Source: an uncultured Gemmatimonadales bacterium (GTDB taxonomy: Bacteria; Gemmatimonadota; Gemmatimonadetes; Gemmatimonadales; GWC2-71-9). From it: DNA of 64,000 bases. Numbering within the stretch: position 1 is the first letter of the stretch; the number at the start of each line of letters is the position of its first letter. The stretch lies in the NCBI GenBank assembly GCA_963739455.1, contig CAVUAK010000001.1, forward strand, positions 2,112,001 to 2,176,000, written 5' to 3'. The translations under genes and the position numbers were made by a program. This document shows, one piece after another, positions 56,732 through 64,000 of this stretch. The notes beneath the pieces are model-generated. The model was not told the origin of the DNA. It saw only the letters and a program-made list of their open reading frames with translations, and ran no database searches.

Positions 56732-58670
56732 CCAATGCGGCGGCGACCACGCAGGTCCGGCTGACCCTGCCCGATGCGAGCGTCCGGGAGTATCCCGCGG
56801 GCGTCACGGGGCGCGAGATCGCCGAGTCGATCGGGCCGGGCCTCGCCAAGGCGGCGGTGGCGATCCGGGTCGATGGCACGGTACGGGACCTCATGTTCCC
56901 GATCCGGGGCGACGCCGCGATCGCGATCCTCACGGAGCGGGATCGCGAGGCCCTCGACGTGCTGCGCCACTCGGCCGCCCACATCATGGCCACGGCGGTG
57001 CGCGAGATCTTCCCGACGGCCGGCATCGGCTTCGGCCCGTCGATCGACGAGGGCTTCTACTACGACTTCGAGGTGCCGCGTCCGTTCACCCCGGAGGACC
57101 TCGAGCAGATCGAGGCCCGCATGGCCGAGGTGACGAAGGCCGACTACCCGTTCACGCGCGAGGAGGTCGATCGGGCGGCCGCCAACCGCAAGTTCGCCGA
57201 CGACCCGCTCAAGCTCGAGCGAATCAGTGAACTGGGCGATGACGAGGTCATCTCCACCTACACCGACGGGCCCGTTCACCGACCTGTGCCGCGGCCCGCA
57301 TGTGCCCAGCACCGGCCGGCTCAAGCACTTCAAGCTGCTCAATACCGCCGGCGCCTACTGGCGGGGCGACTCGCGCCGGCAGATGCTGCAGCGCATCTAC
57401 GGCACCGCGTTCTTCAAGAAGGACGAGCTCGAGGCCCACCTCCACCGGCTGGAGGAGGCGCGGAAGCGCGACCACCGTCGGCTGGGCAAGGAACTCGACC
57501 TCTTCATGTTCCATCCGTTCGCGCCGGGCGCCATCTTCTGGACCGACCGGGGCACGACGCTCTACAACCTGCTGAACGCGTTCATGCGCGAGCTGCAGCG
57601 TGGCGCGTACCAGGAGATCAAGACTCCGCTCCTCTACAACAAGGGACTGTGGGAGATCTCCGGGCACTGGGGCAAGTACAAGGAGAACATGTTCCTCGTG
57701 CTCGACAACGAGACGGGGGAGCACGACAGCTCGCTCAAGCCGATGAACTGCCCGTCGCACTACCTGATGTACAGTGCGAACAAGCATTCGTATCGTGAGC
57801 TGCCGATCCGCTATACCACGTACGACGTGCTGCACCGGAACGAGGTGAGCGGCGCCCTGTCGGGGCTCACCCGCGTGCGCCAGTTCCAGCAGGACGACTG
57901 CCACATCTTCCTCATGCCGTCGCAGATCGCGGACGAGGTGAAGCGGCTCACCCAGTTCATCCTGTCCTACTACGCCGTCTTCGGACTCACGGCGACGCTG
58001 AAGTTCGCCACCCGCCCGCCGGTGCGCATCGGCGACGATGCGATGTGGGATGCGCGCCGAGGGGGCGCTTCGCTCGGCGCTCGAGGCGACGGGACTGCCG
58101 TACGAGCTCAAGCCGGGCGACGGCGCGTTCTACGGACCCAAGATCGATTTCGACGTGGCCGACTCGATCGGGCGTACCTGGCAGCTGGGCACGATCCAGC
58201 TCGACTACAACGCCCCGGAGCGGTTCGACCTCAAGTACGTCGGCGACGACAACCATGAGCACCGGCCGGTGGTGATCCATCGCGCGGTCAACGGCTCGTT
58301 CGAGCGATTCATCGCGATCCTGATCGAGCACTTCGCGGGCGTGTTCCCGGTGTGGCTCGCGCCGGAGCAGGTGCGGGTGCTTCCAATCAGCGATGCGCAG
58401 GCGGAGGCGGCGCACGCGGTGGCCGAGCGGATGCGGGCGGCCGGCCTGCGTGTGGTGGTGGACGACTCGCACGAGACGCTCAACTACCGGATCCGCGCGG
58501 GTGAGGTGGCCAAGATCCCGTACATGGCGGTGGTGGGGCAGCGCGAGGCCGACAGCGACAGCCTGGCGCTCCGGATGCGCGGCGAAGGCAAAAAACAGGA
58601 AGTCCTGACGGTGGCCGCGTTCCTCGAACGGGTCACCGAGGAAGTGCGCACGCGGGCCCTGGTGCCGTAG
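56728..58670 (+). CDS. thrS: Threonine--tRNA ligase (frameshifts near 57270 and 58052)
   Basis: TGS domain, [44 protein letters not shown]. Confidence 0.96.
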
Positions 58671-58672
58671 GA

Positions 58673-60001
58673 TTGGCGGCCACTGCGGAGCCCGTTGCGC
58701 ACGAAGGCTCCCAGCAGGGATCACTCCAGAGGCTGATCGGCGTGCGCGCGCTCGCGCTCACGGCGATGAACACCACGGTCGGTGCGGGAATCTTCGGCCT
58801 TCCCGCGCTGGTCGCTGCAGACATGGGCTCGAGCGCGCCCATCGGCTATATCGTCACTGCGCTGCTCTTCTTCTGTATCGTGCTCTGCTTTGCCGAGGCC
58901 GGCAGCAGGGTCTCCACTGCTGGCGGGCTGTACGCGTACTCGAATGCCGCGTTCGGTCCCTTCGTCGGCTCCTTCGTGGGAACGTTGCTCTGGTTCGCCA
59001 ACGGTGCCTTGTCCAATGCCGCCGTCGCCGTCCTCATGGTGAACGGCCTCTCGCTCGCGTTTCCTGCCCTCGGCCAGCCGCTCGGCCGCAACATCACCCT
59101 GATCGTGGTCTACACGAGCCTCGCCTTCATCAACATCCGCGGACTCAAGCTCGGGCTGCGCGTCACGGAGGGCATCACTGTCCTCAAGCTGCTGCCGCTG
59201 ATTCTTCTCGCGGTTGTTGGCCTCATCACGCTGCAGTGGTCGCAGATTCCGGTGCCGCAGCTGCCGAGCACCGGGCAGCTCGGTCGTGGCATCGTCCTGC
59301 TCACCTTCACGTTCATGGGTATCGAGACGGCGCTTTCACCCAGCGCCGAGATCCGTGACCCGACGCGCGTGGTGCCGCGCGGCCTCGCTCTCGCGCTGCT
59401 GGGGGTGACCTTGCTGTACTTCTCGCTCCAGCTCGTGGCCCAGGGCGCGCTGGGCGACGGCCTGGCCACGGCCATCGATGCGCCGCTCGCCGCGACGGCC
59501 GGCGTGGTACTCGGCGGCTGGGGCAAGGTGCTGATGCTCGCGGCGGGTGTCGTGTGCATGGCGGGTGTGCTTCCGGGCGACATGCTCTGCACGCCGAGGG
59601 TGCTCTACGCGATGGGGCGGGATAGGCTGCTGCCGGCGAGGCTGGGAAAGGTGCACCCCAGGTTCAACACGCCGGCGGCCGCCATCATCACCTACTGTGC
59701 GGTGTGTGCGGTGCTTGCGCTCTCGGGCACCTTCAAGGCGCTGGCCATCCTGGCGGCGGCGGGCACGCTGGTGATGTATCTCGCAACGGCGATTGCCGTG
59801 CTCGTACTGCGGAAGCGCGAGGTCAATATCGGCAAGCCGCCGTTCATCATTCCCGGCGGGCCGGTGGTGCCACTGCTCGCAGCTGCTGCGATTGTGGCTG
59901 TACTCTCGACGCTGGCGTGGCGGGAACTGGCGGCGATCGGCGTCATGCTGGCGGCATCATCCGTTCCGTTCGTCTGGCGCCGGCTCACTTCGCGTCCATA
60001 A
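58673..60001 (+). CDS. APC-family amino acid permease
   Basis: VGAGIF.LP, FAEAGSR...GGLY.Y, F.GIE, R.LYAM, HPRF.TP. Confidence 0.9.
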   Translation: MAATAEPVAHEGSQQGSLQRLIGVRALALTAMNTTVGAGIFGLPALVAADMGSSAPIGYIVTALLFFCIVLCFAEAGSRVSTAGGLYAYSNAAFGPFVGSFVGTLLWFANGALSNAAVAVLMVNGLSLAFPALGQPLGRNITLIVVYTSLAFINIRGLKLGLRVTEGITVLKLLPLILLAVVGLITLQWSQIPVPQLPSTGQLGRGIVLLTFTFMGIETALSPSAEIRDPTRVVPRGLALALLGVTLLYFSLQLVAQGALGDGLATAIDAPLAATAGVVLGGWGKVLMLAAGVVCMAGVLPGDMLCTPRVLYAMGRDRLLPARLGKVHPRFNTPAAAIITYCAVCAVLALSGTFKALAILAAAGTLVMYLATAIAVLVLRKREVNIGKPPFIIPGGPVVPLLAAAAIVAVLSTLAWRELAAIGVMLAASSVPFVWRRLTSRP

Positions 60002-62882
60002 CCATCTCTGAGGGGATCCGCGAGGATCCCTGCTTCTTTTTCTTGACCGGTGCCGGGTCCACCGAGCTCACGCGAGCGGCGTCGAGCGTTCCAGCGGCAG
60101 TGAGGGCGGTAGTAATGCTGGCGGCGCGATCTCGGCCGAGTTGTTCCAGCTCCCCCGCATCCAGCGGCTGCAGCGCCACCAGCTGCTCGCGCATTTCCCC
60201 GAAATACGCCGGACGGTCGAGACGCTTCTTGCCATCGGCGCCGGGCTTCGTGGTATCGGCCACGGTGAACCGGTCCTTGAGGCTGTCGAGCGCGGTCTTG
60301 GAGAACTGGCTGGTGTAGAGCTGCTCCAGGATGCGCGCCATCATGGTGGTACTCGTGTCCTGCTGTGCCTTCTTGCCCAGGCTGTCACGTCGCACTGAAA
60401 TCTGCGCCTGCAGCTTGGCCTCGCGGAGCCCGTTCGCATCGGAAATGGAGTCGTAGCGCCCCTCAATAGAGAGCGTGAGATCGGGCTTCCGTCCCATCTC
60501 CGCTGCGAGCGAGTCGAGCTTCTCCCGCTCCGGCGGAATGAGGTCGCTCCGGCCCGGATCAAAGTCGACCAGCTCGACGTCGTCGCCCCCTATGCCGAGC
60601 AGCTTGCCGAGGAAGCGAAACGGGGCGGTGGCGATCTTGCCGAGAATCTGCTTCATGGCGCGCCAGACAATCCCCTTGTAGCTGAACTGCGGGTCATCCA
60701 CGGTGCCCTCGACCGGGACGTCGAGCTTGATCTTGCCGTCCTTGTCCTTCATCAGGGAGATGGCAACCTTGACGAGGAAGCCCGGGGACTCGCCGCCTTC
60801 CACCTTGTCGCCGAGCGCCAGGTCGGTGGCGACGATGTGATGGTCGGCATTCAACTGGCGATTCCTGATGTGATAGTTGAGATCCATGTCCAGCCGGCCC
60901 CGCTTGATGGCGTAGCCGGCGAACTGCGCGCTGTATGGCGTCAGGCTCGGCATGTCCAGGTTGCGGATGTCGACCCGAAGGTCGGTTGCGGCGTACGGGT
61001 CAGATGCCTGCAGGGTGCCATTCACCCGCGCGATGCCGCTGGGCGCGATCCATCCTTCGAGCTCGATGGAGCCGGGAGCACCACCAAACGACGCGACGTC
61101 GCGAATGAACCCGTGCGTGGAGTCGATGTCGGCGCGGAACGGCAGGATGAGCGTCTCGTCCGAGAAGTCGATGAGGCCGTTCACGATCGAGACCTCGAGT
61201 ATCTCGTACGGCAGTGCCTTGTCGGGATCCGAGGCCGGCATCATCGACTGCAGCTTCATGAGGTTGATCGTCGAGTCGCGGCTGACGGCAATCCGGGCGA
61301 AGGGCCGTGTGAGCGCAATGGTCTTGATGCGGAGGAGGTCAGGCGCGGAGGTGTAGTGAATTCCGCCGACCTTCATCCCCACCCAGGTCAGCAGCGGCGC
61401 ACCGGAGGTGTCATTCAGCGCGAACTGGTCGACTGCTGCCTTTCCATCGAACGCGAGGCTGGGCTTGGCGTTCCGGAGCCTGAGCTTGCCCTGCGCCGAC
61501 GCGGTGCCGGACGTGATGGTGGCTGGAGGTGACACGCCGAGGTATGGCCGACTCACCTTGAGGTCGAGCCCGGTGGCGCTCACGTCGAGGTCGGCCGCGA
61601 ACGGCTCCTGCACCACGTTGCCGCTGGCCTTGAGCGCGCCGCGCTTCCCGATGTTCGCCGATGCCTGCACGGTCGTTGGTGCGGTGGGATCGGTGGAAAC
61701 GGGGGCGAGGCTCACGTTGATCTTCGCCAGGTCGATGGCGAGAGCCGGCTGCACCGTGCGATCGGCGAGTGCCACGGACCCGTTCACGATGGCGACGGTA
61801 TCGACGCGGAGTTTCCAGGGCAGGCTGTCAGCGGCACTCGATGCGCTGTCGCCCCGCATCCGCGCGAGGTAGGGGTCCCAGGAAATCGTGCCGTCCGCGA
61901 GGCGGGCAGCGGCAACCCACGGATCGGTGACGCGCACGATCTTCACCGTACCGGTGCGTGCCGGCCACTCGAGTTGTGCCCCCTGTACCTCCAGCAGTGG
62001 TGCCCGAAGCCACTCCTCCGTCATCCCCTGCGGAACCACGGCCAGGTCCTTCAGCGTCACGCTCGCATCCGGCACAATGACGTGGACACCCCCTGCCGGG
62101 GCGGCGTCCACGCGGTAGTGCACCTCGGCGTCGCCCAGGCCCTGCGACAGGTGCAGGGGAAGCTGGTGCCCAAACACCTCGGCGAGCTTGGCGAGGTGGA
62201 GGCCCAGCAAGGAAAACTGCCCCTCGAGCTTGAGCGGCTGGAATGAGTTGTGACCGGACCACTTGATCTGCGCGCCACTCGCAAACGACACAGTGAGTTC
62301 GTGTCCGCCTTCCTCGCGCGGCAGGGTGGACAGCTCCTTCACCGACAGGCCGAGGTCCTTGAACTGCTCGTCATACTCGGGCGTGCGCGAGCGGTCGGTG
62401 TAGCGCACCGAGCCCGCCTGAATCGCGAGATGGTGTACCGCGAGCCGTGGGGGTACCGACGCCGCTGTGTCCGGCGGAGCGACCACCGAGTCGCCCACCA
62501 GAAGGTCGGCTATCGCGAGTTGTCCGTCGGGCTCGATCCTGACTGCCATGGTGGGGCGTACCACGCGGAATTCGTCGAGGACCCAAGCCCGCTTGACGAT
62601 GCTCGAGAGTGCGGCGTTCACGACCAGGGTGTCGAAGGCGAGGAGTGAGGAGCCGTCGCGGTCGCGGAGGTCGAGCCCGATGAACCTCATCTCGAGCGTG
62701 AATGGATTGAAGCGCACACCCGCCAGTGTTGCCTGGCGATGCAGCAGCCTCGCCGCCTGGCGGATCAGGAGTTTCCGGGTGATCCAGGGAACGACGACAA
62801 AACCGATCAGTGTGTACAGGAGGAGCGCGCCCAGCGGCAGGAGAATGAGGGCGCGACGGCGCGACATGCCGGCAATTGACAT
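59985..62882 (-). CDS. DUF748 (AsmA-like repeat) envelope protein
   Basis: N-terminal anchor, FNPFTL, repeated G.V...D, PYS..FAGY.I..G.L, P+.G..DDPQF. Confidence 0.85.
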   Translation of the reverse strand: MSIAGMSRRRALILLPLGALLLYTLIGFVVVPWITRKLLIRQAARLLHRQATLAGVRFNPFTLEMRFIGLDLRDRDGSSLLAFDTLVVNAALSSIVKRAWVLDEFRVVRPTMAVRIEPDGQLAIADLLVGDSVVAPPDTAASVPPRLAVHHLAIQAGSVRYTDRSRTPEYDEQFKDLGLSVKELSTLPREEGGHELTVSFASGAQIKWSGHNSFQPLKLEGQFSLLGLHLAKLAEVFGHQLPLHLSQGLGDAEVHYRVDAAPAGGVHVIVPDASVTLKDLAVVPQGMTEEWLRAPLLEVQGAQLEWPARTGTVKIVRVTDPWVAAARLADGTISWDPYLARMRGDSASSAADSLPWKLRVDTVAIVNGSVALADRTVQPALAIDLAKINVSLAPVSTDPTAPTTVQASANIGKRGALKASGNVVQEPFAADLDVSATGLDLKVSRPYLGVSPPATITSGTASAQGKLRLRNAKPSLAFDGKAAVDQFALNDTSGAPLLTWVGMKVGGIHYTSAPDLLRIKTIALTRPFARIAVSRDSTINLMKLQSMMPASDPDKALPYEILEVSIVNGLIDFSDETLILPFRADIDSTHGFIRDVASFGGAPGSIELEGWIAPSGIARVNGTLQASDPYAATDLRVDIRNLDMPSLTPYSAQFAGYAIKRGRLDMDLNYHIRNRQLNADHHIVATDLALGDKVEGGESPGFLVKVAISLMKDKDGKIKLDVPVEGTVDDPQFSYKGIVWRAMKQILGKIATAPFRFLGKLLGIGGDDVELVDFDPGRSDLIPPEREKLDSLAAEMGRKPDLTLSIEGRYDSISDANGLREAKLQAQISVRRDSLGKKAQQDTSTTMMARILEQLYTSQFSKTALDSLKDRFTVADTTKPGADGKKRLDRPAYFGEMREQLVALQPLDAGELEQLGRDRAASITTALTAAGTLDAARVSSVDPAPVKKKKQGSSRIPSEMVMDAK

Positions 62883-62946
62883 GATTGATGCTCGCGCTGG
62901 GCGCGAGCCGGCACAAGTCCCCTCGGTCGCACCCCCTACCTTGGTA

Positions 62947-64000
62947 TTACTGCGCTGTGCTCGCCGGAATCGGGGCTGCTCGCCGGAGCGCCGCGCCGTC
63001 GATCCACTCTCCGTGCAGCAGGACTCCCGCCGGTGTGCGGAGTATTTCCAGGTCGGTTGCCGGGTTTCCGTCCAGGAGGAGCAACTCCGCAGGTGCCCCG
63101 ATGGTGATGGTGCCGAGCTGTGGTACGCGCAGCAAACGTCCGGGCTCTACGGTCGCCAGCCGCAGTGCTTCCCAGTTGGAAAATCCCGACGCGACAAACT
63201 CCCTCAGTTCGTCCAGCATTGATGTGCCAGGCGCCGTGAGGTTGATGCCAGCGTCGGTGCCGGCCACGAGCAGCGCGCCATGCTCGCGCAGGGCTTTCGT
63301 GAACGCGCGCCGATTCTGCGCTACGCGCCGTTCGGCTTCGGGCCCCTGCCTCGAGGCGAGCAGCACATTGATCGCCATGGTGGGACAGTTCCAGGTCCCC
63401 GATGTCACGGTGGCATCGACCAGCGCGGCGAAGCGCGTCGTGTCGGCGTCGGCCCAGCCGAAGGTGCCTCCATTGCCACCCTGGCTCACGGCACGGTCGT
63501 ATCCGGTGTAGTGCTCGATCGATTCCATGCCCACTGCGAGTGCGTGCTGGATCGGTACCGCGGCAGGAACGTGGCCTGCATAGCGGAGATGGCGCCGACG
63601 AGCGGCGGCCACGATGGAATCGAATGATGCCGCAGAGAGGCGCCAGTAGATCTTGAGTGTGGTCCAGCCCGCAGCCTGCTGCACCGCAACGACACTGTCA
63701 GCGCGCGTCGGATCATTGACGAACTGGGTGAAGGGCCACGAGGCCGGCGATGCATCGAGCCCGGGCGACAGGGAGTAGATCGTTGGACCGGTGAGTCGAC
63801 CAGCCGCGATGTCTGATTGCATCCGGATGATGCCGTCGTGGCCCCACATGTTGCGCACGGTAAGGATGCCGCTCGCGAGATAGGCAGGCAGGTCAGCGGC
63901 GCGCAGGTGCACGTGGGCATCGATGAGCCCCGGCATGAGCGTCTTGCCACGTCCGTCGACGATTCGGGTTCCTGAAGGGAGCCGGGTGGAAGCCGCGGGA
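62947..64000 (-). CDS. Amidohydrolase family protein (5' end beyond the window)
   Basis: DGRGKTLMPGLIDAHVH, GH, SIEH, GTDAG, G.I..G..A.L.LLDGNP. Confidence 0.85.
   Translation of the reverse strand, partial: PAASTRLPSGTRIVDGRGKTLMPGLIDAHVHLRAADLPAYLASGILTVRNMWGHDGIIRMQSDIAAGRLTGPTIYSLSPGLDASPASWPFTQFVNDPTRADSVVAVQQAAGWTTLKIYWRLSAASFDSIVAAARRRHLRYAGHVPAAVPIQHALAVGMESIEHYTGYDRAVSQGGNGGTFGWADADTTRFAALVDATVTSGTWNCPTMAINVLLASRQGPEAERRVAQNRRAFTKALREHGALLVAGTDAGINLTAPGTSMLDELREFVASGFSNWEALRLATVEPGRLLRVPQLGTITIGAPAELLLLDGNPATDLEILRTPAGVLLHGEWIDGAALRRAAPIPASTAQ

Noticed and set aside
53421..58670. valS and thrS as pseudogenes or programmed frameshifts
   Set aside because: All catalytic motifs are intact, similar indels occur throughout the window, and no consistent slippery sites are present.

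Overview
This is a GC-rich bacterial chromosomal segment, probably from Gemmatimonadota (inferred from gene content and conserved hypothetical proteins). It carries many single-base frameshifts, including in valS and thrS, which points to an error-prone long-read assembly rather than true pseudogenes. Contents in order: a urease operon with urea transporter (UT-ureABC-ureF-ureG, cut at the left edge); an SLC13 permease, ispE, pdxJ, mce, trxA, rsmI; a coupled DUF4159 / DUF4175-like / TPR / Tat-exported GATase-like / JAB-DinG run; gltX and two tRNA-Ser genes; a copper-chaperone cluster; a DEGS1-like sphingolipid desaturase near a PAQR gene; marR-doxX; a DUF2723 glycosyltransferase; purH, purN, gmhB; selA, valS, thrS; DUF748; and an amidohydrolase cut at the right edge. 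I saw no CRISPR array, prophage, integrase or IS. The best leads are (1) a candidate protein O-glycosylation system (DUF2723 plus dense D-S/T-x motifs in exported proteins), (2) a eukaryote-like ceramide desaturase/PAQR locus, (3) a family of 7-9 bp tandem micro-arrays at gene boundaries, one forming a 32-bp hairpin, and (4) operator/promoter architectures readable directly from the sequence. All family calls come from motif recognition, not database searches.
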